From an uncultured virus (IMG/VR IMGVR_UViG_3300044491_001439) (Duplodnaviria; Heunggongvirae; Uroviricota; Caudoviricetes; Kyanoviridae), in IMG/VR virus record IMGVR_UViG_3300044491_001439: 64,000 nt of DNA; one strand, written 5' to 3'. Below the pieces are notes generated by a model. It searched no databases and was not told the DNA's origin. It saw nothing but the letters and a program-made list of their open reading frames with translations. The translations under genes were made by a program, and so were the position numbers. Of this stretch, positions 38,901 to 45,037 are shown piece after piece (the first letter of the stretch is position 1; each line of letters opens with the position of its first letter).

Positions 38901-40441
38901 TAAGCACCATCTACGGGATCAGGAACAAACAGAGGTCTGACAATCGTGCGTCGAAGGTCATAACCAATCAGCGAACAACCTCTGGGAACGATAGTGCCAC
39001 CAGTCGTGGAGTTAAACTTGTAGAGAACGTTGTCTGGATTGGAAAGATCAAGAATCGAATCATCCTGCCATTCTTCCAGTGCTCTGTTGTAATCAAATAC
39101 AGGCACAGTACCAGTAACCTGAACTGCAGCGAGACCTGTAAGCGTACCTGCAGTGAGGGTATCAGTGAGAATAGCAACAAGTGTTGTGATGGATGACTGA
39201 ACATCAACGCAGGTAGCGATATTGCCTGATGCGTTGTATTCAATAGTCGGCGTTGCCTGACCTGCAATTGCAGGACCTGGAGATATAGTAAGATCCTTCT
39301 CATACAGCGAGTTAGTTACAGCAAGTTTCATCATGTCTCTTGCTTTGTTGAAGGAAGTTACTGATTCAGTAATTTCCCCAACTAATCCGTCAGCAACAGG
39401 ATTACCATCACGGTCGAAATAATTTTTGGTAGCAGAAATAGTATTAGCATTACCACCGTTACGAATGTCAGCAATGACAGCTTCTACAACATATCCAAGG
39501 TCGCGCTTACACTTCTGCTCACCAGCAGTTTCGTGATCCGATACTGTTTCTGCAGGAAGATTTGATAGATTTTCATCAGACAATACAGTTGTGACAACTG
39601 TGGTCAAATTATTGATAAAAGTCTGAACATCTGCACAGGAAGCAGGATCTTCGTTATCACCAGTTGCAGGATCAGCAGTGATAGTAAGATCTTTTACAGT
39701 CAGTTGGTTGGTGATAGCAAGAAGCATATTGTCTCTTGCCGACTCAAATGCAGCAATAGACTCTGTTACTTCACCTTCTAAACTATCATCAATCCAAGCA
39801 GTTCCTGCTTCATTGAAGTAATTTTGAAGAAGTTTACGGGTATATACGTTACCACCAGCCTGTGCTACATCAAGAGAAACAGCGTCGATGAAGCGTCCAA
39901 TGTCAATCTTACACTTGTTCTCAAGATCAGGAGGTGCAGGAACAGGAGGATTTGCTGCTACTACAGCATATGCATTGTCAATAATTTCTTGTCTGTTTAA
40001 CTGAATCAGACGATATGAATCAGCATATCTAGATCCATCATCAGTTTGATTATCACCAGGATAGTAAAAATCGGGGTGCTGAACAGCAATTTCAGCAGCA
40101 GCACGGTCAATAATTTCTTGTGTATTGGCCTCAATCAGGTTACCAGCGTCAAAATTACGTGATACTGGGGTTGCTGCATCTACAAGACCAGGACGGTTAT
40201 CAATAAAGTGATTACCAGGCATCAGCATTACACTGAACTGGTCAAACCTATCATTATCCTTACCAGGCAGGTAAGAGTAACGTGATACCTCAATAAATGC
40301 TCTCTGGATCGTCTTGAATGGACGTAGTGGGGAGTTACCTCTATTGTCTAACTCATCAGTCGCATTAAAGTCATCTGGAGATACATATAGATACTTACCC
40401 GTTTTACTTGAGTAAAGATTATCAAGTCTTGTAAGAGGCAT
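29996..40441 (-). CDS. giant virion structural protein (3481 aa) with phycobiliprotein-like units
   Basis: YVSP...GNS..RPFKTIQRA N-terminus typical of cyanomyovirus fibre-like proteins; TATAAATA late promoter upstream; KCxRDxGY repeats. Confidence 0.8.
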   Translation of the reverse strand: MPLTRLDNLYSSKTGKYLYVSPDDFNATDELDNRGNSPLRPFKTIQRAFIEVSRYSYLPGKDNDRFDQFSVMLMPGNHFIDNRPGLVDAATPVSRNFDAGNLIEANTQEIIDRAAAEIAVQHPDFYYPGDNQTDDGSRYADSYRLIQLNRQEIIDNAYAVVAANPPVPAPPDLENKCKIDIGRFIDAVSLDVAQAGGNVYTRKLLQNYFNEAGTAWIDDSLEGEVTESIAAFESARDNMLLAITNQLTVKDLTITADPATGDNEDPASCADVQTFINNLTTVVTTVLSDENLSNLPAETVSDHETAGEQKCKRDLGYVVEAVIADIRNGGNANTISATKNYFDRDGNPVADGLVGEITESVTSFNKARDMMKLAVTNSLYEKDLTISPGPAIAGQATPTIEYNASGNIATCVDVQSSITTLVAILTDTLTAGTLTGLAAVQVTGTVPVFDYNRALEEWQDDSILDLSNPDNVLYKFNSTTGGTIVPRGCSLIGYDLRRTIVRPLFVPDPVDGAYGRTSIFNLTGGCYLWQFTIKDGDLSENSPLYDQADRVGKVYNNPSDFSSLAIPEYSHHKITIMTYADNAELDRYYEKVGRAFAQFQPTIDDGDLEALVQENRIVGPLSDTRTIESIEIVDIAPGSSARITVSTKIDHGYFRGQYIAVINSGLSENVNGTFKVDTVDQDNPKVFSYTIPINAAGLGLVSGTTYTAANGLGTNGVIQAEIDSVESASPYVFNCSIRSTWGQCGMWADGSKATGFKSMVVAQYTGVSLQKDDRAFIRYDRFTNTWNQAALTDAFATIPYHTKGDAYWKDDWRNFHIRATDDSFIQCVSVFAVGFHDHFLMESGGDMSITNSNSNFGNTSLHAIGFKGFSFNQDKGGYIDAIIPPKVVNTSATAIVKQQYYTIDIEASNDQGNNTSLYLAGDTNQDPADRPAATIGGYRIGAKTGDRLYVKLPSGGVGGKQTYSAELSPSGFQTFTTSLSTLTPAGLNINLDVDGDGNDDFNYAQDAANQIERNRVWLQQETYGHITAKYPALLTNPNITIGKCERDIGYFVDATVKDLRLGGNINTILAAEGYLVGGQLDFIDNELTETLEAYDYLKRLMIGAMRNFNFLIKNCTTTDGSATVVVGDTSGLVPGMRVIEYDQDDYTNGLLDDGAVSLPDNINVNTAIIGEIVNSTTITLVDQATGVAYNAVGTTNTAWLYFENLSQYAQTFQYANNDITQDTNYPECANIATAIEGYFDNVNLVLSGNGSQAVRVEAPIESRSLTGRATLFSINTGGLQSDPHGLQTGTPVRLVPRALTVDTDKRLVRLPRGFETNRPYYVIAPGRDTYPYSFNNTSEFDTTAGTGLLLAATKENAAAGIYIYSPETEAIDPGVEIVLQQYVLDESYDLHRYVTNVSGIYLETDIPHVFDVPLPNVPAQTIFFRTSSDANSSLPDIAGGGPVETDVYYYPRYVTKTKFSVHTSQADAQAGVNAVIFTANSGSDFIVYGDKKTSPLKFDASNFNRWYLNVIDESSGGQNQNGILTRFHDPDFVDGTGNLFTPDTWYERYSDDRNELDRIYRLRYVVPQYLDNVREPLNGYVIKTRTDDRRRLRPQKLTLEPYSSGAPAVAQFFNPSQPTEQLGASLADLNTAGIDIGSPEDLYDPYENPLQIEFQSKIATTIQSARTVTNDLGESRLELTVFDHTITNQSLKNEIFTIIEISAPQGAGIEEDLFNSDDDNYVTWSGYCTGSAYVHAYFPAAIEATAFVILKNVTGKLDFNTAGAGYVGNTVTTFTQSNGTFWELLGEPDSWNNTTPYQGASRSTRDNFLYRIEGANLYTVVPGDRVTTPGGDTYTVSNISDVPEIEDSFYIFDVEQIQEVIPAQQDGIYYLTAVRGNISPYPTGAGVGDNFRNYKFSQPISNLYPLDYKNDPLWFQVQDDGTRDVSIVDPPASSAAADNYVHGLVTLNDYKYSETKESVSDLLATDPLLSYQFTNTTSNVDGNIVDNRLRAQEGNASIGSENRKIPINGDSVYPLDGRYYVELRRPSIARSGNHTFEYLGFGPGNYSTGFPLRQEVVLSDKQDFYAQAKREDGGIVFYTGLNSNGDLYIGNRKINAITGEETFLEQAVLGDSGDDSDTIGALVTTFDTAVTFNDKVTVEGDLFLNNPVTINVDPFEGDSLRILSLVGAGDDPTLDRSSFRDNKDGDIVLTKNEVKAGVFKLNPRGNVGAQGQVYSIRTHYTGGTPSNVTPNNTGLVANGGSAWYSLQNITYGSSIIPNAGDIIWKGEEVGYSGSLGWIYSNFFTEIGDGQIFTITTDNSTAVTIQWAVGVTNQDLKVKVGEKLRISSFSNNFFDGTWNVISAVDVENTCQIRLFNEIAANTYNWEDEGPGAKIEVSESIWKETGVLGAEALRTYTNIPGDYKLGINTVGRTNQEASLTANVSSDSDPRANLDVVGNAFISGKNLVTYDALGAVSANNYLGEPSNNKVYFPLTNAFLVGGDSSDGDDFATLRVSTTDLAVVDQSATYRVGGRVGVNTSIGLDPSTELDKNFVVIGDSRFTGNVQIQDDLSVDGGDLNSTAESFQFLTNNVDFFVGLNQAESIILGNSTANSQSISIGDSVGSSSTQTVRIGSNAGSTNLKIHERSQNAVVDIATVEDDVTSNCDVRLGGGAPNLASSTYIGTYQTKLAGTLEVAAFAGTSSARIFTPAATLNIGDGQSTTALKLGVNASQVTIASLGGKTTIRNSLDVLATATVFGNLKLDGGLSAGIVELERARFATSPSDHIVGSLENPNVTFLKFSQTGKVIDTAGVGLWGGSSFLLGGGQIAAIDNINPTQSATWVANTTYSFIEATGGTGEGGLFTIQVLSDGTAVVELVSPGSGYSNNDLLTIPAAVLGNPAGDDLTFQVSGVNAAGNLYNLPITQPSVSDFQIGDLLLIDRADPLSPDSIDGTGATLPKDQSQTEIVQVVGLTNITNPNDPSGFRISVSRADSGTTARTDHPDGCVINKLDKQTNASFITGFDFDYNGELDPVSSVLITDAQVQKIVSDGTDIVTIHWQSETNSTLNVDYGEFIRISGTNVSELNGDWPVQSSIVANASTVEVRLSNTLAAAEYLWSDQSSDAEVRLQSASGLLADTANVRIGISEFGGVLTTSDYLLLSNSEIVKVVELVSTDIQSFIVTDGGTPESVNFKIESTTGNTFGSGDLNFGQGFNKLVVDGPTGNTAIAGTLTTENTLTINGSTIEGQQFFTITNGGPSYLSDGTTVAVPFRKTFQIDTATGDLILNGGNFNIYSVDGTTPRLTFDNSSGDFTTYGSFSALGTGTSTFGGSLAIAGDVTINGGDLTINSGGNQSFAIRADKAITLGGITNYFSPTGGRRWDYSDSFVVEADANVNYFLNVSQNTVVKLPDNAKLGDMIRIIDIGGILTYNLSLVVRAPSNVRVQNSASNTGSIMLSGNSANLSGWNGGELIVQTPYAGFALVYAGASDPDGNTAVSTSKVGWYLIEV

Positions 40442-40479
40442 AATTAACCCGTTCCTTCTAGGACTATTTCTTCTTGGAT

Positions 40480-40487
40480 TATTTATA
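40480..40487 (-). promoter_or_regulatory. T4-type late promoter TATAAATA
   Basis: Exact T4 late consensus about 40 bp upstream of the giant gene. Confidence 0.8.
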
Positions 40488-40491
40488 CAAT

Positions 40492-40517
40492 AAAACCTCC
40501 CCTTGTGAGGGAGGTTT
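40492..40517 (-). terminator. rho-independent terminator after tRNA-Asn
   Basis: Minus strand AAACCTCCCTCACAAGGGGAGGTTTT hairpin with T-tail. Confidence 0.7.
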
Positions 40518-40558
40518 CAAGCACACGGAAGGGGTTTTGATTTGACGATAATCGCCAA

Positions 40559-40630
40559 CTGGCGTGGCAAGACTCGAACTTGCAACCTAGGAGTTAACAG
40601 CTCCTCGCACTGCCATTGTGCTACACGCCA
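40559..40630 (-). tRNA. tRNA-Asn (GTT)
   Basis: TGGCGTG/CACGCCA acceptor stem, anticodon loop ctGTTaa, GTTCGAG T-loop; CCA not encoded. Confidence 0.9.
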
Positions 40631-41142
40631 CCAAAGTAATTAATATTAATTACATATCTCGATCTAGTATCAGTAGTTGTTGTACTTGTATGCCTCAAAT
40701 CACTGGGAAATGATACCAAGCGATTACCAACACTATTAACTTTCTCACCACTTTCAAATCCAGTATATCCATCACATGTATTGATATAATATACTGCTGT
40801 CTTACAGTATTTCATATAATCATTATCAATATAATTGTCAATATGGTAACCATATTCACGTATTTTTGGAGTACATAATGTCATGTTAAGTTGAGATCTA
40901 TAGATCATATCGACCTTGAGTTTTCTAAACAATGGTTCAAAAAACTCAAAAGCATAACTCTTAACTTGCATTTCTTTATATAAGATATGCACAAAATGTT
41001 GATTATACTTATCTTCAACCGCAGATTCTTTTTCTAAAACGGTACTATCAAACCATTGAAACATTGGATTTTTGATAACCATCTCACACAGTTCGGAATG
41101 CCAACCTGCAGGCATATAGTTGTCAAAAATTTGATATTTCAT
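40621..41142 (-). CDS. 2OG-Fe(II) oxygenase
   Basis: GYHID...TAVYYINTCDGYT.F...NRLVSF....H.......R..ININYF. Confidence 0.8.
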   Translation of the reverse strand: MKYQIFDNYMPAGWHSELCEMVIKNPMFQWFDSTVLEKESAVEDKYNQHFVHILYKEMQVKSYAFEFFEPLFRKLKVDMIYRSQLNMTLCTPKIREYGYHIDNYIDNDYMKYCKTAVYYINTCDGYTGFESGEKVNSVGNRLVSFPSDLRHTSTTTTDTRSRYVININYFGGV

Positions 41143-41163
41143 TATTTTAAATAGAGGATCGAG

Positions 41164-41235
41164 AGCCCCCGAACAGATTTGAACTGATGACCTTTGCTTT
41201 ACAAAAGCACTGCTCTACCGCTGAGCTACAGGGGC
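41164..41235 (-). tRNA. tRNA-Thr (TGT)
   Basis: GCCCCTG/CGGGGGC acceptor stem, TAGCTCAG..GGTAGAGC D-arm, ttTGTaa, GTTCAAAT. Confidence 0.9.
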
Positions 41236-41750
41236 GTCTTTAAAAATTTGAAGTGACCGTGTTTGCCACCCCAAACTTGTTTGTCGGTATCCACCAAATA
41301 ACCTCTATCAACTACATTATATTGTTCTTTCGATAGAAAGATATCATTTTTGATATAGGTTATTTGATCTTGCCATTCGACGTAACAACTACATCCTTGG
41401 AGTGAACCTTGGAATGAATCACCGTCGAATGTAAACATTATATCACAAGACTCTTTATGAGTCAACCCTTCAGGACGAGATTCTAAATTTTTAAACCCCA
41501 GATGGAAGTTTTTATCAAAATCATAGTTTTTTACTCGTATTGACCCATTATCTTCTAGTGCTTCCACAATAAATTGACGATAAGGTGCATCTATCGAATA
41601 GTTATATGCTTGCTCACCATAGTACATTGATTCTGTACCTTGGATTTTTTTATGGACCAGACGGACCATAGCAAACTTTGAAGGATATGAAAATGCTTGA
41701 ACTTTATTCTCCCACGTTCCCTCAAACCATTCATTAAATATATCAATCAT
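41226..41750 (-). CDS. cpeT: T-type phycobilin lyase CpeT/CpcT
   Basis: FEGTWENKVQAFSYPSKFA.VRL.H...YGEQAY.Y...PYRQ...DRGY......VWG...G.FKF; start moved to MIDIF. Confidence 0.85.
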   Translation of the reverse strand: MIDIFNEWFEGTWENKVQAFSYPSKFAMVRLVHKKIQGTESMYYGEQAYNYSIDAPYRQFIVEALEDNGSIRVKNYDFDKNFHLGFKNLESRPEGLTHKESCDIMFTFDGDSFQGSLQGCSCYVEWQDQITYIKNDIFLSKEQYNVVDRGYLVDTDKQVWGGKHGHFKFLKTPL

Positions 41751-42021
41751 CTTTGGGTAATAGTTCAGGATCATTAACTTCAATATCAAACATTAGAGGA
41801 TGACACTCCTCTTCAGCAAGATATGAAGACCACTTATATAATTCTTCATCATCCCAATCACAACCTTGCAATGCTTCGGTTTGTACTGATGGGTGATCTT
41901 GAATGATTTGCGGTAGTTCATCAAAGGTATATGGAATACCTTGTATGAAATACATTCTTACCACTTGTCCCATAAAGAAACAATATGATTGGGAAAGTTC
42001 GTATTTCATGACTTTTTCCAC
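41743..42021 (-). CDS. conserved cyanophage hypothetical protein
   Basis: VVRMYFIQGIPYTFDEL...YL.EEECHPLMF. Confidence 0.7.
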   Translation of the reverse strand: MEKVMKYELSQSYCFFMGQVVRMYFIQGIPYTFDELPQIIQDHPSVQTEALQGCDWDDEELYKWSSYLAEEECHPLMFDIEVNDPELLPKDD

Positions 42022-42028
42022 TACGGAT

Positions 42029-42035
42029 TATTTAG
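42029..42035 (-). promoter_or_regulatory. late-promoter-like CTAAATA upstream of the hypothetical-cpeT unit
   Basis: Same TAAATA core precedes structural genes at about 22740, 52101 and 55848. Confidence 0.55.
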
Positions 42036-42044
42036 TAATGGACA

Positions 42045-42129
42045 TGGGGCGAGAGAGACTTGAACTCTCACAGGCATAATGCCCAACTGATTTTAAGTCA
42101 GGTGCGTCTACCGATTCCGCCACCGCCCC
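42045..42129 (-). tRNA. tRNA-Leu (TAA)
   Basis: GGGGCGG acceptor, ctTAAaa anticodon loop, long variable arm, GTTCAAG. Confidence 0.9.
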
Positions 42130-42142
42130 TTGGGACCCTCAT

Positions 42143-42171
42143 ATTATAACGTATGTGCCCTGATCTGTCAA
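42143..42171 (-). promoter_or_regulatory. consensus sigma70 promoter for tRNA-Leu
   Basis: TTGACA, 17 bp, TATAAT. Confidence 0.8.
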
Positions 42172-42434
42172 CTTTCGTCGAGCAGACCCATATTTTTTAG
42201 ATATTCCAGTGTATCATGCATATTACCTACGTGAAAGTTGCCTATTGCAACCTGTGGATATGTTGCATCTGGACCAAATTCCATTCTAAATTGATGATCA
42301 TCAAAATCAAAATCTAAAACATATTCGTGAAATTCACCACCAAGAGATCTCAAAAGCATTGCAATACGCTCACACTCTTGATTTCCGTTACTATAAATTA
42401 CTGATGTCTTCATTTTCGGTGTAGTTGATAACAA
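42168..42434 (-). CDS. glutaredoxin-like protein (single Cys)
   Basis: VIYSNGNQECER...EFG.DATYPQV.IG..HVG. Confidence 0.7.
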   Translation of the reverse strand: MLSTTPKMKTSVIYSNGNQECERIAMLLRSLGGEFHEYVLDFDFDDHQFRMEFGPDATYPQVAIGNFHVGNMHDTLEYLKNMGLLDES

Positions 42435-42594
42435 TTTGCTTGGATACTTCTCCCTTGCTATTTACAAGGATTTTCTTTTCTAATGTCCCATTTAACACGT
42501 TACGAACATTTTCCAGTTGCCATTCTACAATATATTTTTTAAAACCTTCATCCATCCAACTTTTATTGGACCCTGGAGTATTGAAGTCTTTCAT
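42391..42594 (-). CDS. hypothetical protein
   Basis: ORF track. Confidence 0.6.
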   Translation of the reverse strand: MKDFNTPGSNKSWMDEGFKKYIVEWQLENVRNVLNGTLEKKILVNSKGEVSKQIVINYTENEDISNL

Positions 42595-42824
42595 AAATCA
42601 AGTTCTAATTGTAGTTTGCGTTCTTCTTCTATTCTATTATGCTCTGCCCACATATCAGCAACCATATCAACGTTATGTCTTACTGGTTGAGGGATAGGAG
42701 TAGCATTTTGCCACTTATCAATCGTTTCCTGTGTAGGAATGGTAATAGTAAAAGCAAGTCCTTCTTCTCGGAACTCATCTTCCATCTTTTGATAAGTTTC
42801 GGGAGTAATCTTAACTTTTTTCAC
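42591..42824 (-). CDS. hypothetical protein
   Basis: ORF track; coupled overlaps. Confidence 0.6.
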   Translation of the reverse strand: MKKVKITPETYQKMEDEFREEGLAFTITIPTQETIDKWQNATPIPQPVRHNVDMVADMWAEHNRIEEERKLQLELDL

Positions 42825-43183
42825 AATACTCTTTCCAGTCTTTCGGTTGGTTGGTCAGGAAAGTCTCTGGGACGACTATCCAAAGCATTATCAGTTCTAG
42901 GAGAACCTTCGTTTGCTTTCACAGTATGTTGATAGTTCACTCTCTTGTATCTTAATCCTAATGGATCAGGCATCCAGTATGTTACTTGCCAATCTTGATC
43001 AGGACATAATTCAAGATGCTTCTCTACAGAATGATTGAAGCTACCCATTTGAACGTGTCCATCATGAGTGATACATCTATCATCACCAGTGGGAACTAGG
43101 AACAGTTGTCTCATAGCACTTCTTGCTCTGGGTTGAGGCTTTTTACGAATTGCACAGGATCCTTTTCGGACTTGTGTACCCAA
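42821..43183 (-). CDS. hypothetical protein (real start probably MRQLFLV)
   Basis: ORF track. Confidence 0.55.
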   Translation of the reverse strand: MGTQVRKGSCAIRKKPQPRARSAMRQLFLVPTGDDRCITHDGHVQMGSFNHSVEKHLELCPDQDWQVTYWMPDPLGLRYKRVNYQHTVKANEGSPRTDNALDSRPRDFPDQPTERLERVL

Positions 43184-43511
43184 TGATAGCGCATCATATC
43201 AAAAATAGGATCCCATGTCGCGATACAGACATAATCCGTCATGTGTGTCTCGCAGCAAGTTCCTTGAGTTCTTTTGCTGTCAATTTATCCAACTGCTCTG
43301 TGAAGTGATCCAGCAGTAATTGTTTATATTGTTTTTTAGTCATGATATTCTTTAATCAAGCGTTCAACTTGCTTCTTGTCGCAACCACAAGGAGCATTCC
43401 TTAAACATCTGCGTATTAACTCATTATCGCTGATAGAGGGTTTGATCGTAAATCCCCATTTATCAACTTCACCTTCAGTAGGTGCTTCGACGTAATCAAA
43501 TTCGCTAGGCA

Positions 43512-43826
43512 TTAATCTCTCTGTCGCCAGTCATCAGGTTTGTCTTGGCGAAACCATTCTAACATATCATCAGCAGATGTAAACCCCTTTTTATGATTGG
43601 ATGGATCGGGATCTCCTAAACCCATCCTATTCAGAAAATCGTCTGTACTGCCCTCTTCGATGTTTTGAGAATGTTGGCGTCGTGCTTTTTGTAACCAATC
43701 CCTAGCAAGTGTGTGCGATTTGGCAAGTTTTTCTGCCCAGATCATATCAGATAACTTGACATCTTCACCAGCAACAATACATTTGCAAATAAATTGAAGT
43801 CGTAGTCTATATTGCGTAGATAACAT
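43512..43826 (-). CDS. conserved cyanophage hypothetical protein
   Basis: MLSTQYRLRL..IC..I..GEDV.L.DMIWAEKLAK...DWRQRD. Confidence 0.75.
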   Translation of the reverse strand: MLSTQYRLRLQFICKCIVAGEDVKLSDMIWAEKLAKSHTLARDWLQKARRQHSQNIEEGSTDDFLNRMGLGDPDPSNHKKGFTSADDMLEWFRQDKPDDWRQRD

Positions 43827-43909
43827 TAAAGAATCCGTTCCACCACTGTTATTTAGAGCGACTTTTTCTGCTATTTTTTACAGGCGATTTTTTTTCGGTA
43901 TTTATGTAT

Positions 43910-45037
43910 TCAATTCAAGAAAATCGTAATCGCTTTTACAGTAAGTGTACCAGCAAACGTTGCGGATGTTACCCCCGCCATAGTAATCTTGTTCACACCA
44001 AGAGTAGAAAGAATTTGAACACCGCTTGCCATCTTTGCCGAGAATGATTGCTTGCCTGGTCCTAGTTTTAAGTCCCAACATGCACCTACAACAGGTGGTT
44101 TGTCTCCAATAGCAGGAACAATACCAGCAATCTCTTCCGTCTTTGTTCCTCCTGCAAAAAGATAGTGATTGCCAGTGGTCGATAAACCATATCCACCTGT
44201 AGTTGACTTTAAGTTGATATTAGAAAGTGCCTGAAGGTTGTAGTGACCCGCCACACCAAGATAATAGTTACCCTTAATAGTACGGTTGATAGTTCCAATA
44301 CTATTGGTAGCTTCAACTGATCCTGGTTGCGTAGTATTCAGTGTTTTTTCGCCAGCACCATCAGTGTAGTCAGCACTACCAATAGTTTTGTTGTTGAATG
44401 ATGTATTAAGATTGTAGTCACCCGTGAAGATGCTCATCTTACCGTTACCATCACCAACTTCGATGTTAACTGCTTCTCCTGCTTTAAGTGTTAATGTTTT
44501 AAGAGCATTAATAGTGATGTTATCACCTTTTAAGTCACAAGATTCTCCCTGTGCTTCAATAGCAACCTTTCCCTCTGCATAAACAGAATACGCATGAGAT
44601 TCTTTAGTAGATTCACCTCTACTACTGCTATCAGCAGACCTTGTAGCATCTTTTGGACCTTTAGACTGAATAGAGATTGGTCCTGATACGTTGTGCATTT
44701 GTCCTGCACTACTGAATATCAGTTTACCACCACAACCTGCTTGAGAGGGAAGTCCTGTGGTGAATACCATATTACCGGTTTCATCAAAGAACAAAGCACT
44801 CTGACCATTGGTAACAGTGTATCCACCAGGAGTGTTGTCATCACCTTCCCAATCCATACAAGTCCAACCATTGGAAACCCAATGCACTGTTGGTTTTACT
44901 GCACAAAACTGTTCTGTATCTGCAGTATCCTTCCTTGCTTGAGGTTCTGCAGCACCACCCTCGGCAGCAACACCAGCAGCACCAGCGGATGGTTTAACAG
45001 TATCTGTTTTATTGTGTACGTTACTCATTATGGGCAA
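43910..45037 (-). CDS. gp5 C-terminal-like baseplate spike (beta-helix) protein
   Basis: Beta-rich periodic repeats (ITINALKTLTLKAGEAVNI); follows the gp5-N gene. Confidence 0.55.
   Translation of the reverse strand: MPIMSNVHNKTDTVKPSAGAAGVAAEGGAAEPQARKDTADTEQFCAVKPTVHWVSNGWTCMDWEGDDNTPGGYTVTNGQSALFFDETGNMVFTTGLPSQAGCGGKLIFSSAGQMHNVSGPISIQSKGPKDATRSADSSSRGESTKESHAYSVYAEGKVAIEAQGESCDLKGDNITINALKTLTLKAGEAVNIEVGDGNGKMSIFTGDYNLNTSFNNKTIGSADYTDGAGEKTLNTTQPGSVEATNSIGTINRTIKGNYYLGVAGHYNLQALSNINLKSTTGGYGLSTTGNHYLFAGGTKTEEIAGIVPAIGDKPPVVGACWDLKLGPGKQSFSAKMASGVQILSTLGVNKITMAGVTSATFAGTLTVKAITIFLN

Noticed and set aside
29996..40441. Intein or intron in the giant gene
   Set aside because: The ORF is continuous, with no splice-junction or homing-endonuclease motifs seen.
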